From Malacoraja senta (lineage: Eukaryota), in contig JAXLNO010005141.1 of NCBI GenBank assembly GCA_038087875.1, positions 1 through 64,000 on the forward strand: a stretch of 64,000 nucleotides of DNA, written 5' to 3'. Position numbers and translations under genes: made by a program. Shown here piece after piece: positions 49,281 to 62,090 of the stretch; positions within the stretch are counted from its first letter, which is position 1, and every line of letters begins with the position of its first letter. The notes beneath the pieces were generated by a model. The model had not been told where the DNA came from. It ran no database searches and saw only the letters and a list, made by a program, of their open reading frames with translations.

Positions 49281-50297
49281 TTGAGTTGTAGTTTGGGAAA
49301 TAAAACCAGGCACTTTCAGTCAATCTTTGCAGGCCATGTCTCTGAATGTCTGAATCATAGAACTTCCACAAAGTACTCATTTAAATGTGTGAATAAGAAG
49401 CCACTCATACTCATGACGCACACTTCTGCAGTTTTCTAATAAGAAAGCTCCTGCAGTGACATTAGGTGACATGCACTGCTACTTTTGAACTTCTTCTCTG
49501 CTTTACATCGGGTGCTGTTGTGAACTGCATTTGCAAGTCAGGCATATTGAAGGCAAAATTGACATGCTTATGGACCAATACAGATCAGATACACATTTCT
49601 GCCTATCAATTCCAGAAATCTGTTCAAGCACACACATAGAGATCTCAAACTTTCTGAAGCCTTTCACATGCAGTACAACAGCCAGATTCCTGACCCTGTA
49701 AAAATCAGTACCTGAACTTCCTATCCTCCAGGTCATTCAAGGTAGCAACAACTGACGAGTGATATATTTCAAATTTTCATTTACTGCAGTGACATTAGGT
49801 GAGATGCACTGCCTCTATTGAATAAGCACATGGATAAGAAAGGTTCAAAGCGATATGGGCCAAATGTAGGCTAATGAGACTGGCTTAGATGGAGTACCTT
49901 AGTCTGCATGGACGAGGGGCCGAAAGGCCTGTTTCTGTATGATATAACCCTTCACCTGGATTCTTCTATTGCTTGCCAGCTCTTGCCCAATCCATTCCCC
50001 TCATCTCTTTGTACTGGTATTATCCCTCTACTCTTTCAGTCCAGATGAAGGATCTCAACTTGAAATGTCAATTTTGCCTTCAAAGGTGCTGCCTCACCTA
50101 CTGAGTTCCTCCAGCAGTTTGTTTTTGGCTACCTTAAATTTGTGTTTTCTGGTCACCATCCCTCTACCAATGGAAATATTTTCTCAGTATTTGGTTCATA
50201 AAACCATTCATAATTTTTAACTGTCTTTGCTCAAGAAATCCAGCGTATTAAAAATAATTAATTTACTTATAACAAATAAAATGTTTATATTTCTTAC

Positions 50298-50439
50298 CAT
50301 TACAATTGGGATACACAAAGTGTCGCAAATTGTCAGCAGAAACTCTGAGAAATTCTCCAGCACATTCTCACTTGCAATTCCAGGTGATGTGAAAGCATTC
50401 TCTTGCAATGATCGATCCTTTTGACAATCAATTGCTAAC
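50298..50439 (-). CDS. MEI1: MEI1 coding exon, 142 nt, phase 2-0: [48 protein letters not shown]
   Basis: ttttgtag acceptor, GTAAGA donor; within ORF 50217..50462; strong match to recalled human motif. Confidence 0.94.
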
Positions 50440-51094
50440 CTACAAAAGAATACTTTGAGCATGAAGAGATTTTCAGAACTTCAGTGGCAGTCTATTGCCA
50501 CAACAAAGGAAATGACCACAGGCTTGGAATCACAAATGGGAAGAAAAAAAAGTATAGAGTTACTTTTTGGCAGAGAAACTCCTTCATGCTGAATCATCCA
50601 TAATAAACAATGGCAAGGAAGACTTTTCAACCGATCCGTGCCTTTCAATTGAGAATTAACCTACCACTGTCCATTTTTACCAGTTATCTGCTTCCAAGCT
50701 TTTCATCTCCAGTTTCTTATTTGGAAGCAAAAGCATTTCATAATGATTTTAACAAATTCCTAAACTATTCTTTTCTTAGTCTGAGTTTGTTTCTGGTGTC
50801 CTCATATCACATTACATTTGCTTATTTCGATGCAGATGAAAGCCATTTGACCTATCGGGTCCATGCTGGCTCCCATCAGAGCACATCCAATCAATTCTAT
50901 GCAACTCTTCCCGCCCCCAATTCCTTCTTACCATGCAGCCCTGCTATTTATTCTCTATCATTGCCTATCAATTCCCCTTTTAATTATTTTACCACTTACA
51001 TGGATAAACTTCTTTGTTTTGTATATGTTGCAAATATCAGGGATGTGGGGCATGCTTAGTAAGCCAGACTATATCAATGAAGAATGCAAAACTG

Positions 51095-51650
51095 ATACTT
51101 TATTGTCACATGCACCGTGAAGGTACAGTGAAACTCTTTGTTTTTGTATACACAGTACAAAAGAGTCGCCACAAGGCGCCGACAAAGTTACAAAAGTACC
51201 CTTAAATATCGTTGGTCCTTTCTTTGTCCCACCCCCCTTGTCCAACCTTTCCTCTGCGCTGCCCCCCCCCAACCCACCCTCTCCACGCTGGGTCCCCTTT
51301 GTTCTCTGCAACACAGCCTGTCCACCTCGGTCCCCAGTGACTCCGACCTCAATGTTCCATGTCCCTCCTTGTTCTTGGTGATGTGTTCTCATCAATGCCG
51401 GTGGCTCGGGCCCGAGTTCAGAGTTTGCGGTGTGCGAGCAGGGCCTAACAGTCCTATTGGTAGGTTCTCCATTGTCAGTCTGCGGCGAGCGATTCTCGGT
51501 CCGCGGCAGTGGTCCTCCATCGGCATCGATCCACGGCTTGCGATCCTTGGCGGGCAGTTCTCCGTCGTCAGTCCGCAGTAGCGGAGAGCCGGGCCTGCTT
51601 ACTGGGGTCCCATCTGTCGCGGTCCGTGGCAGCGGCAAGCCGGGCCAAAA
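51095..51650 (-). mobile_element. Non-autonomous retroelement with GC-rich degenerate internal tandem repeats
   Basis: Family tail TTTATTGTCACATGCACC..GGTACAGTGAAA (also near 57040, 59143 and 63015); repeated GTTCTCC..GTCAGTCCGC units. Confidence 0.55.
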
Positions 51651-52040
51651 ATCAAGAGGATGAATGGAAGAATTGGCCAGTTTTGAAACTGACAAAAAGA
51701 GTAAGTTACCTAAAGTTGGAGATTTTGATACTGAGACTGAAAGGTTGCAACATGCCCAGGCAGAAGATGAGGTGTTTGATTGAGCATGCATTGGGCAACA
51801 GTGTGACAGTGCAGGAGGTCACCAACAGATATGTCAGAGTGAGAGTGAAAATGGGAATTAAAATGGCAGGCAACCAAAAGCTCAGGGTCACTCAGGTCCT
51901 ATACAAAAGTGTTCACACAATCTGCATTTGGTTTCCAATGTAGAAAGTACTACATTGTAAAAACTGAATGCAAAACACTAGAGTGGAATAAATTCAAGTG
52001 AATGACGCTTCACTTGAAAAGATTGTTTGAATTCCTGGAT
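51650..52040 (-). mobile_element. Penelope-like element ORF C-terminus
   Basis: KHLIFCLGMLQPFSLSIKISNFR* resembles the PLE C-terminus EQHLIFRLGSLQP.G.NI.FSNFR. Confidence 0.78.
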
Positions 52041-53189
52041 AGTGAACGAATGTTGCTGCAGTGTAACTTTGAAATGATTGATAATGTTTCAACAGAATGT
52101 TGTAATTGACAAATTAATGTTTAAATTGAAAGATTAGATGACAATCAATCAAGCTGCTTTCTCCTGATCAATCCTGATTTACTGAGCATCAGCATTGAAT
52201 CTGCACTCATGTCCACAGCTAGCACATACCTTGTACAGAGTGGATAGGCGTTGGCGAATCAGGTGCTGACTCACTAAAATGCAAGGAGCCCAATTTCTGG
52301 CTTCTCTTGTAGCCACAGTATTTATGTATTCAGACATGCGTAACTGCAAACTCAGTTCAACCAGTTTGAAGGGTCCCGACCCAAAATGTCACCTATCCAT
52401 GTACTCCAGAGATGCTGCCTGACCCGCAAAGTTACTCCAGCACTTTGTATCTATATTTATGTGACTTATCCAGTTAAGTTTGAGATTGATTTTGTTTCCC
52501 TCCCCTAGGATGTAAATATTGGAGGACTTGCAAAGGAATGTGGTTAAACTCTCTTACTGGAGGTGATCATTGCCCAGAACATTTGGAGTCAACGTCATTT
52601 TTCATCTGCCAGGCTAACCCAAAACTGGCTATTTATTCTAGCATGCAGGTCAAAGACTTATTGAAGATTGGTCTTCGGATCTTTAGCCTGAAACATTATC
52701 TCTATCTCGTTTCATGAGTGCTGACTGACCACGAGTGTTTCTAGCTTTTTCAATTTTTCTGAGATACCTAGCAAGTGCAGTTCTTTTTGGAAGTTCAGAC
52801 TTATTTATCACAGTTGAAAATCTTCTAGTACCTACTGTTCTGACCTATAGTTGAGTTTAGGACCCTGCTCTGAAGAGTGTGAATGATGTTTTGAGTGAAA
52901 TGATTGACCACAATTATCTTCCTTTAGGCTAGATATGACTGGGCAATGGAAACCTTTCCCTTAATTACCAATGAGTTCAATTTCACCAAAGCTCCAATGC
53001 CACACTCAGTCAAATGCTAACTTTGTCAAGGGATCACTTCACGCCTGTCTAATAAATTTAACTGAATAGCAAAATTCAGCAACTCTATCAACATTCCTTT
53101 GACCATTATCAAAATTATTGCCCAAATACCTTTAAGGAAGTTATTCTTACCGTCCATCCCGTTTCGCCACCACAAACAATCATTCTGCA

Positions 53190-53403
53190 GGTAGACAAAA
53201 ATGCTGGAGAAACTCAGTAGGTGAGGCAGCATCTATGGAGCGAAGGAATAGGTGACGTTTCGGGTCGAGACCCTTCTTCAGACTGATGTGGGGATGGGGG
53301 ACGGGAAGAAAAAAGCTTCGCCCCACAGATGCTGCCTCACCCGCTGTGTTTCTCCAGCATTTTTGTCTACCTTCGATTTTTCCAGCATCTGCAGTTCATT
53401 CTT
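53190..53403. mobile_element. Penelope-derived inverted element with intact minimal hammerhead core and 16-bp TSD
   Basis: AAACA(A/G)TCATTCTGCA at 53174-53189 and 53404-53419; minus strand CTGAAGAAGGGTCTCGACCCGAAACGTC at 53281-53254. Confidence 0.85.
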
Positions 53404-53512
53404 AAACAGTCATTCTGCATGTCATTTGCATTAACCCCAATTCTTCAGTAAATTATTGTTAGCTGTTCAGTTGGTCTCTATCCCTGCAAATTCTTATTTA
53501 CACTATTTCAAA

Positions 53513-54751
53513 TCTATATATTACAAAAATTCTCATCTTGTATGTTTGTATATATATTTGTTTTTCCCCAAAACTCCGCAAAAACAGTACACGATAGCGC
53601 GACAATGTTAGGCCCACCTTCCTCACCATTGTCCTGCGATGTAAACTAGCAAGTTTTGTTCAGATTCATGTTGTATTTTACAAGTTATTGACTTTTTTAA
53701 ACTTTAATAAACCTGGCAGTCGCGCTCCCACTTGCCAGCCGACCCTGCGCAGTTGGGGGAGGATTGTCGTGGCGTCACAACAGGAACCCGTCAGCTGCGC
53801 ATGCAATACAATAGTGTTTATTGTCATTTGAACCTCAAATGAAGTTCAAACAAAATTTGGTTTCTGCAGTCATACAACAAGAGAAAAAACCAAGACACAC
53901 AATTAACACAAACATCCATCACAGTGAATCTCCTCCTCACTGTGATGGAAGGCAAAGTCATTGCTCTCCCGTTTTCCATTCTTCTCCTGATGTTAAAGCC
54001 TCCCGTGGGCGATGGCAAGTCCCGTGGCCGTTAAGGCCGCTCCGGGTGATGTAAGGCCCTGCTCCGGGTCTTGAGGTTGGAGCCCCCGGAGGGCGATGGC
54101 AAGTCTCGTGGCCGTTAAAGCCGCGCCGGCCTTGTAAGGCCCCGCTCCGGGTCGTTTTCAAACCCGCAATTCAGGTAGGAGACGTTGCCGTTGCGGGAGC
54201 TCCGAAAAGCAGTCTCCCGCCAGGGACCCGCGAGCTCCCGATGTCACCGTCCACCGGGCCTGCGGCTGGAGCCTCGGAAGCTCCGAAGTCGGGTTGCAGC
54301 CGCGCGCCACCACAGCTCTCCACGCTCTGAAGCCGGCCAGCTCCACGATGGTGAGTCCGCAGGCTCCGCGACTGGAGCCCCCAGGTCGTTCCGAATGGAG
54401 GCCGCTCCAAAGTGCTAGGCCCCAACGACAGCACAGACCCGACAGGGATAAGGCCGGGTCCCCCGTACAGGGAAGAAATTTGAAAGTCCCCCCCCCCCCT
54501 CCCCCGCATATACACAGCTAAAAACAATATAAAAACTACAACCAAACTATACACTCAACAGGACAAAGATTAAAAAGGACAGACGGACTGGAGAGGCAGC
54601 TGCCGCGAGGCGCCGCCATGTTATACACTCTCTTATGCGCAATTGGGGGAGGGTTGCCGGACCCGCCGCCATTTTGAGATCGGCGAGATTTTGGGAACTC
54701 TGGCCTGAGTTAGTGGAGAGGGAGTGCAGCAAATAGTACTTGGTGAGCTAG
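53513..54751 (+). mobile_element. Probable non-autonomous Helitron, interrupted by a retroelement
   Basis: A|TCTATATATTAC start; internal TGCGCARTTGGGGGAGG repeats on both sides of the insert; candidate CTAG|T end. Confidence 0.45.
53803..54620 (-). mobile_element. GC-rich non-autonomous retroelement with (ATTGT)n-like tail
   Basis: Minus-strand start ATGGCGGCGCCTCGCGGC; internal duplication GGGCGATGGCAAGTC(C/T)CGTGGCCGTTAA. Confidence 0.55.
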
Positions 54752-55567
54752 TTGCTAAACTATCAGGATTTCCATATAATCAGAAGGCAGATAAGAGTTT
54801 TACTGTACTCAAAAACTCTTCCAGAATTTCCCAAAATCAGCATCAACAATTCCTTATCCCAGCTCCCCTGCCAGCCCCCCACATCCCAATTTTAGCAGTG
54901 CTTGCACTGATGATAGGATGCTGGATTTTTGATCATGTCAACAAAAATTATATAATCTAACGTGTATATTTTGTGTGTTAACAGTTTCAGGTGCCATTAT
55001 TGGAACATCTGGATCTTGGTGCCAGGCAGCAATTTCATTGATCATGTCACACATAACCAACCCACATGTCCCATATCCTTCACAGTGCTATCTATCAATC
55101 CTTCCCACCCACCAGCACTCCTTAGTTTCCCTCCACTCCACCTATAATCTTGCTTCCCCATATCTCTATCCCCTTTAAACTTTTCTCCCATTGTTCCTTT
55201 TCCATTCTCCTTCTCTTCATCCCATTTTCTTCCCATATTCTTAACTATTTCTCTCCCTCCATTCTATTTATTCATGTGACACCATGCCAGAACTACATTA
55301 AAACATGTACACAGTATGTGCCACCCTATCCATAAAATATATTTCTTAATATGACTATTTTTGCCTTTGCTTTTATATTAAGATTTCCCATTTAAATGTC
55401 TAACATACTGTAAGTCGATCATCTGGTCATTGCATAGGTCTTTATAACTGTCACCATCATATGTAAAAATCAAGATTCATCAAATGCTCATCATGTCAGA
55501 TAATTTCCCAACATAATATTGAAATGGCCTTGTTCATCACAACTGATTTTTTTTTTACATGAAGTAC

Positions 55568-55659
55568 CTGCAAGCATTAAGAAATGCTTCTAAATTGCTA
55601 TACAGCAACTGTCCTTGTCTTGAAAAGTTTTTGTTTTGTTCTTTTCTCATAGGCTGACT
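55568..55659 (-). CDS. MEI1: MEI1 coding exon, 92 nt, phase 0-2: SQPMRKEQNKNFSRQGQLLYSNLEAFLNAC
   Basis: tttcctttcag acceptor, GTACTT donor; frame-compatible with both neighbours; resembles QRGKFLLSTLEGFRSAC. Confidence 0.85.
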
Positions 55660-55734
55660 CTGAAAGGAAACAAGAGATGGTGATTAAATGTGAAACATGG
55701 GACTGCAATAACAATCGTCATTAAAGTAAAAATT

Positions 55735-56260
55735 ACATAAAGGGCTTGAGTAACTCAGTGGGTCGGGCAGCATCTCCAAAGGACGTGAATAGGTGACATT
55801 TCAGGTCAGGACCCTTCTTCCGAACGAATGAAGTAGGGGAGAAAGCTGAAAAAGAGGTGGGGGTGGGACAAAGCCTGGCAAGTGATAGGTGAATAGAGGT
55901 GGGGGGTGGGGGGGTGTTGATTGCAGATGGGTGCACAAAGGCTAGAGATGAAAAGGAGACGAATGGATGTAAGATAAGGAAGGAGTGAATTGTGAAGCCA
56001 GAAGAAGGGATACAGGTGGATAGGGACAGGGGTGGTGGTGGAAAGGGAAATAATGGTCAGGATAGAGGGTGAAATGGCTGCGCACCTGAGTGCGACGTAG
56101 GGAAGAGGGGAATGGGGGGCAGGGGGTTGTTATCAAAAATGAATGTTTATACCGTTAGGTTGTAATCTACCCACTCTTCACTCTGGCAATGGAGATGTCC
56201 CATGACGGAACACATGGGAATGGGAAGGGGAGTTAAAATGGTTGGCAACCTGGCAGGCCT
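55735..56260 (-). mobile_element. Penelope-like element 3' end / pseudo-LTR
   Basis: GGAAGAAGGGTCCTGACCTGAAATGTCACC motif, pyrimidine-rich pseudo-LTR, GTTGCCAACCATTTTAACTCCCCTTCCCATTCCCA. Confidence 0.75.
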
Positions 56261-57329
56261 GGGCAAACTGAAGAAAATGCAATTTGCAGTCCCGCTTAAG
56301 GAAAAAGACTAGCTGAAAAACTTGACTAATAGACACAGAAAATACATATTACTGCATCTCAACTTTTCATATGTAAATAGATTTTGTCTTGAAGAGCCTA
56401 AATAGGAGAATATTAAACATTTATAGCTCCTGTCAGCTTTTTCTATTGTGAAATGTTACATGAAGGCACTCCAGTATGCCAATCAGAATGTGGCAAATTT
56501 TCAGTTAGTTGCCATTATAAATGTAAACATACCACATAAATTATAAATATAAAAGTATAAAAAGAATGTGTAACTAAACTGACATCAGCACACCTTACAC
56601 CAATTATCTCCTGTGCTCCAAAGCTATTACAACTGAAGAGTACTCTTGGACCTCACTTTCGACACTCATTGCCTAACGAAACCTTTGACAATGAAATCTG
56701 CAAACTGCAGGCAGTCTGGAGGTCTTACATTAATGTACTTATTTGTAGGTGTGCATCTTTCCCGTGTGATTACATGTATGAATAATGTAGACTGAAAAAT
56801 TGTTCCAGAACTGGCTGTATCTCCTACAGCATTTTTTTTTCATGCAAGTGTGACCTATTCTAGAAATAAATATTTCAGATCGTGGCAATCTCTGGTAAAC
56901 AATAAACCTCCCAATTAAGATTGCCCACTCTCCTCTGTCATGTTTGTAAGTTGCATTTAACCTTTTGCAGAATTCATCAAGAAGAGCCCTGGCATAAAAG
57001 GGGTGCTGATTCTAGGCAGTGGTTCAATGATTCTTTACTATCACATGTACAGAGGTACAGTGAAATTCTTTTTTTTACATACAGTGCAGTAAAGTTCAAT
57101 CCCAAATAGTACCAAGTGTATAGTAATAGTCCACAGATACAGCATACATGAGTAACCAGGTTTTGGCGCCATTTTCAAAGTCCACATGCTCGGTCTTTGT
57201 TTTTGAAAATCCAGCAGAGAAAAATAGCATTGTGAATGTGAGTCTGAAAACTCTCCAGCCCCTAACCTCCTTTTCCCCATTGATACAATTGTTTTTATTA
57301 AGTGATATTCTCGAGTCATGGAGTCTTGA

Positions 57330-58327
57330 AGATACACAACTCTATCTCTATCGAGTCATGGAGTTACACAACTCTATCTCCCCCTGAAGCCCAAAAAACA
57401 ATCAAATCTGCTTAACCTTACCCACTGCCTCGAGGATATAAAGTGTTGGATGGCCCAGAAATTCCTCCAAACTAAACGAGAGAAAGTCTGAGGTCATCCT
57501 TCTCGGCCCCTCGGACTCAATCAAAAATGATAGCAGGCAGCCTTGGAAGCCTTACCCCACTACTCAAACCTCACGTCAAAAACCTTGGCGTGATATTTGA
57601 CTCAGCACTGAAAATTTGACGAACAAGTCAATGCCGTGGTAAAAGCTAGCTTCTTTCAGCTTCGGACGATAGCTAAAATAAAACAATTCCTCCAGTTTGA
57701 TGACCTCGAAAAGATCATCCACACATTCATCTCCTCCCGCCTAGATTACTGCAACTCCCTTTGCACTGGCATCAGCCAATCTTCCCTGTCCCGCCTGCAA
57801 CTGGTCCAAAACGCCGCAGCGAGATTCCTGACGGGCACCCGAAAAAGGGACATCACCCCGATCCTGGCCTCTCTCCACTGGCTCCCTGTGCGGTTCCGTA
57901 TAAACTTCAAGATCCTCCTCCATGTCTACAAAGCCCTCAATGGGCTTGCCCCCACCTACATAAAAAGTCTTCTCACCTACCACTCCACCTCCAGGCCCCT
58001 CAGATCGGCCGACTTGGGGTTGCTGAATATCCCACGGTCTAGGCATAAGCTCAGGGGCGACCGCGCCTTTGCGGTTGCAGCCCCTAGACTGTGGAACAGC
58101 ATCCCCTTTCCCATCAGAACTCCCCCTCCATCGACTCTTTTAAGTCAAGACTAAAGACTTATCTATACTCCAAGCCTTTCCTGACGTCCTCTGAGTGAGG
58201 GCTACGTGTATATATGTATGTAGTTTGTTTTGTTTGTGCTATTCTTATAACAAATGTAAAGCACTTTGGCCAACGAGAGTTGTTTTTTAAATGCGCTATA
58301 TAAATAAATGTGACTTGACTTGACTTA
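57330..58327 (+). mobile_element. L2-clade LINE 3' fragment
   Basis: DTQLYL, KNLGVIFDS, SRLDYCNSL, LQLVQNAAAR..ITPILASLHWLPV, AFAVAAPRLWNS; (GACTT)n tail. Confidence 0.93.
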
Positions 58328-58640
58328 CAACGTGGAAACAGGCCCTTCGGCCCAACTTGCCCACACCAGCCAACATGTCATTTTCACTCGTCACACCTGC
58401 CTGCATTTGGCCCATATCCCTCTAAAACCTGTCCTATCCATGTACCTGACCAAATGTTTCTTAAACATTGCGATAGTTCCATACACCTACCACCCTCTGC
58501 GTGAAAAAAGTAACCCTCAGGTTCTTATTAAATCTTCTTCCCCCACCCCCCCTCCCTCCCCCCACCTTAAACCCATGTCCTCTGGTTCTCAATTCCCCTA
58601 CTCTGGGTAAGAGACTCTGTGCATCTATCCGATCTAATCC
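58328..58640 (-). mobile_element. CR1 3' end fragment
   Basis: GGAAACAGGCCCTTCGGCCCAACTTGCCCACACC 3' UTR on the plus strand; same family as 5037. Confidence 0.8.
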
Positions 58641-58644
58641 TCCC

Positions 58645-58698
58645 TATAACACAAGGTTTCTTAGGAACGCAACAATCACATTATAGCAGAACTACCTG
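58645..58698 (+). mobile_element. Isolated right TIR of the Tigger-like family
   Basis: TTATAGCAGAACTACCTG is the reverse complement of CAGGTAGTTCTGCTATAA at 9962. Confidence 0.7.
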
Positions 58699-58746
58699 TT
58701 GTAAGCAATACATGTATGTAATATTAATTTAAAAATCTCACATTAC

Positions 58747-58852
58747 CTCTTTACTCCTAATAGTGTCAGGAAGATCTGCACAGCGCATTAACATTGCTTC
58801 AATGAGCTTTTGCAATTCCTGGTACTGTACAGGTACTGCCAGATGTTCCTTC
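58747..58852 (-). CDS. MEI1: MEI1 coding exon, 106 nt, phase 2-0: RKEHLAVPVQYQELQKLIEAMLMRCADLPDTIRSKE
   Basis: atactcag acceptor, GTAATG donor; resembles [20 protein letters not shown]. Confidence 0.92.
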
Positions 58853-59573
58853 CTGAGTATTAAAAAAAAACATTAATAAAACTATGGTGCATATTTGTTA
58901 CATTCCACCCATGTCATTCTATATAGATTCACTATTCAATATAATACTAAGCATCAAATGTGAAGCTGGTTCATCAAAATGGGCCCGTAAATTTTGCTCC
59001 TCGGCTCACCTCTCACCTACTTGCTTGATCATTCCAGCCAATTAAACTATAAAGATATTTTTCCACGTCCCTAAATTTTTTGACATTCCTAATGTCAGAT
59101 TGATTGGGAAAGTGGTAAATTGGATTAAAGAGTAGGTTTAGATTTATTATTGTCACATGTACCGAGGTACAGTGAAAGGCTTTTTTTTGTATCCTATCCA
59201 ATCAAATCATAATATATACATAAATGCAATCAATGCCAAGCTCAGTACAATAATAGAGCAAAGTGATAGATACAGAGTACAGAATATAGTTCGCAGCATT
59301 GAGGCGCACTATTTCCAGAGATAAAGTCCAATGTCTGTAATGGGGTAGGGATGAATAGAATAGCAGCCTGTCTTATGGAAGGACTGAACAGAAGCTTGAT
59401 AGAGGGGAAGAAGCTGCAGATTGCATGGAAAGAGGAAGACATCAGCCAAAATCAGAATCAAAAGATTGCATTCACAATTCCTATCCTGATGACAAATTCC
59501 ACTTATCTTCCTTTACTTGAAACAAACCTCTCGCTATTAGGTCATCACTAATAACAAACATGCTTCTACTCAC

Positions 59574-59708
59574 CGAAGGAAGGCTGCCACAGCATTGGCT
59601 GCTTCTGTCACAACTTCAAGACTGGAACTGGTCACTGCTTCTTGTAAAACAACAATAGCTTCATGCCAAATGGAAACATTCATAAACAGCTGTATTCCTG
59701 ATGGCTGT
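59574..59708 (-). CDS. MEI1: MEI1 coding exon, 135 nt, phase 2-2: RQPSGIQLFMNVSIWHEAIVVLQEAVTSSSLEVVTEAANAVAAFL
   Basis: tattttacag acceptor, GTGAGT donor; resembles RQPEEIKLF..LQEAVSSPVLEV..AFLR. Confidence 0.92.
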
Positions 59709-59997
59709 CTGTAAAATATACATTTACCTTTTTTAATTTGTATTTACACATTTAAAATAAATCATTGTGAACACATTGAAGTATAAGATGTAAAATACAG
59801 CACAATGCATACAATTCTGCTCGAATGTCAATGCTCCTCTTGAAAGAGGAACTGTTAAGATAGTACTTTCATCTTAAAGTATATCCATTTATGATTCCAG
59901 AGTCTGAAGACCAAGCTGGAGGCAACAAACTTAGAAAAGACCAGCTTGGTCTTAAGAAGTGACCTGAGCAAAATACAGTAGATTGATGGGACATATC

Positions 59998-60402
59998 TAA
60001 CAAGCTCATCAGGAAGGTTGGCTCTGTCCTGGGGATGGAGTTTGATTCACTGGAGGTGGTCTTGGAGGCCAGGATGCTCCTCAAACTGCAGAGCATCTTG
60101 GACAATACTGCTTACCCCTTCCATGACACACTGGTCAACCTTCAGCAACAGGCCGGTTCCACCAAAATGCAGCACAGAACCCCACAGGAGATCCCTTTTC
60201 CCTGTGGCTATCAACCTGTCCAACTCCTCCCCCTTCTGTTGTGGGGTAGACTGACTCCCCTTCCCCCCCCCCCCCCCAATCTTTGCACATCCCCAATCCT
60301 GGACTTTCCACTCGTCACTTTAATTTCATGTTTCATGTGTTCTATGACTGTTGGCAGTCATATAAATCCCTCCTGGGATAAATAAAGTTCTATTGTATTG
60401 TA
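59998..60402 (+). mobile_element. Rex1/Babar LINE 3' end
   Basis: NKLIRKVGSVLG..ILDNTAYPFH; GGGATAAATAAAGTT plus (ATTGT)n tail. Confidence 0.82.
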
Positions 60403-61990
60403 TATTGAAACAATAACTTTTCCAAGCTATAATAGATGAAGAGGCAATTATCAGGTTTTGGACACAGAAATATTACAATGTATTTATAACCAGGTTTTTG
60501 AGGTAAGTAGCATAGTTATAGGTGCAGTTTTGGATTTACGTATAAAGATTCCAGAAAATTCTAATTAACAAATGTTAAAGATACGGGATAGAAATTAGAT
60601 TTTACAAAAGCTGGTTGAAATTTCTCAATGCTGGTGACACACAAAGGATATTTAAATCTTTCGGCAGACTTTGACAAAGCAGCAAAGCTAATGATTTACA
60701 ATGATAAAAGCACAGATGAAGAGAGAGGTAATCCTAAATCCAGTAATATTGCTGCAGATAAGACCAGACCAGTCCAGCAACAGTTTAATAGCTGAATTCA
60801 AGACAGTGCTGCCCGAGACTCATCTTACATTCCATAACATGGTAAGACCTCTTAGGTCGGCGTCTACTGAGATGCAGTCAAGCTTTAGATTGTTCAAATG
60901 TGGTTGCCAGCCTCAATGAGGCCGAGTCAATAAAAAGTTAGGTGTAGCTAATAAGGCTCTATAAAATCATCTTGACATTCGATTTTCAAATTGTGCTGTT
61001 AAAAATATAACGTGCTGTGATTAGAGTACAAAGTGATTCTAACAGGAGCCTGCTTCTCCATTTATTTCAGAAATTGAGCTGTCAACAGAACATCTATATG
61101 TAGAAACATTTCTATCTCTTAGACTGTCAGAGCTGCACTGTTTCTCTAGATTTGATTCCCTTCTTGCAGCTGCAAATTTGTCATAAACTTTCCACTGGGA
61201 AACCCATTCTGATGCCTATATGAAAAAACCTCAAATGTACAAAACCTTATGGGAATCAAAAGGCTGAAGAAAAGCTAAGTTGCAACAGGTTTGGAAAAAA
61301 TCAATTCAATGGTAACTGTTAAGAAATGGTACAACTAATCTTTTATTCATGTGTCGTTTCCATGAGTATCAAGGTACAAAATTGGAAGTGTCTTACATTT
61401 AGGGTAATGTGAATTAGAATGGGAAGAAATGAAGGTATTCTTCAACGGGTTTCAGTGCTTTTCGTCTTTCGCCACCTTGAAAGATGTCGTGACTCCAGGG
61501 GAAAAGGAGGAGACGACGGCGGTGGGGAGGGGAGCGGTTGGGTGGACAAAGTGACAGATAGGAAAGGATTTGAGAAAATGGGCCAGACAAATGGGAATAG
61601 CCGAGCTATAAAACTTGGTCAACATGGCCAAGTTAGGCCATAGGGCCTGTTTCCATGCCTTATGACACAATGATTTTTATCTGGTACTCTGGCGATTTCA
61701 CTGGTGCCAGACAGATAGATTTCCAGACTACTGGATATTATTACTATTAATACACACTTTTACTCATTTTTTTCCAAGATGTTACGGATAATGTCATAAA
61801 GTTTTCAGTGAACTGGCAAGTTTAAAGTAGCATGGGAAATGTGGCCTGGTGATTTTAAAGGGGGTGTGGGAATGTGTGCTTCGTGAGTCAAATGCCAAAT
61901 TTGTAAATAATGGAATTATTGGAATTTTACCGTACAACTATCCGAGCAATTAAAAGTGGATCATAAGTCTAAACAATTTACAATATTTAC

Positions 61991-62090
61991 CTTTTTAAAA
62001 TCTCACCAAACAGTAGCAGACCTTGCTTCTGCACTTCAATATTGTTCACCTTCATTGTCTCTTTCAAGCTTCGAACCAAGGATTCTATAC
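61991..62090 (-). CDS. MEI1: MEI1 coding exon, 100 nt, phase 1-2: [33 protein letters not shown]
   Basis: atttacag acceptor, GTAAAT donor; resembles [32 protein letters not shown]. Confidence 0.93.

Noticed and set aside
51069-51791. Longest ORF in the track (240 aa, minus strand)
   Set aside because: It runs across a GC-rich tandem-repeat retroelement and a Penelope end. The repetitive PLPRT.DG units reflect DNA repeats. No domain or splice support.
57636-58154. 172-aa ORF as a host gene
   Set aside because: It is the C-terminal part of an L2 LINE ORF2 with frameshifts on both sides.
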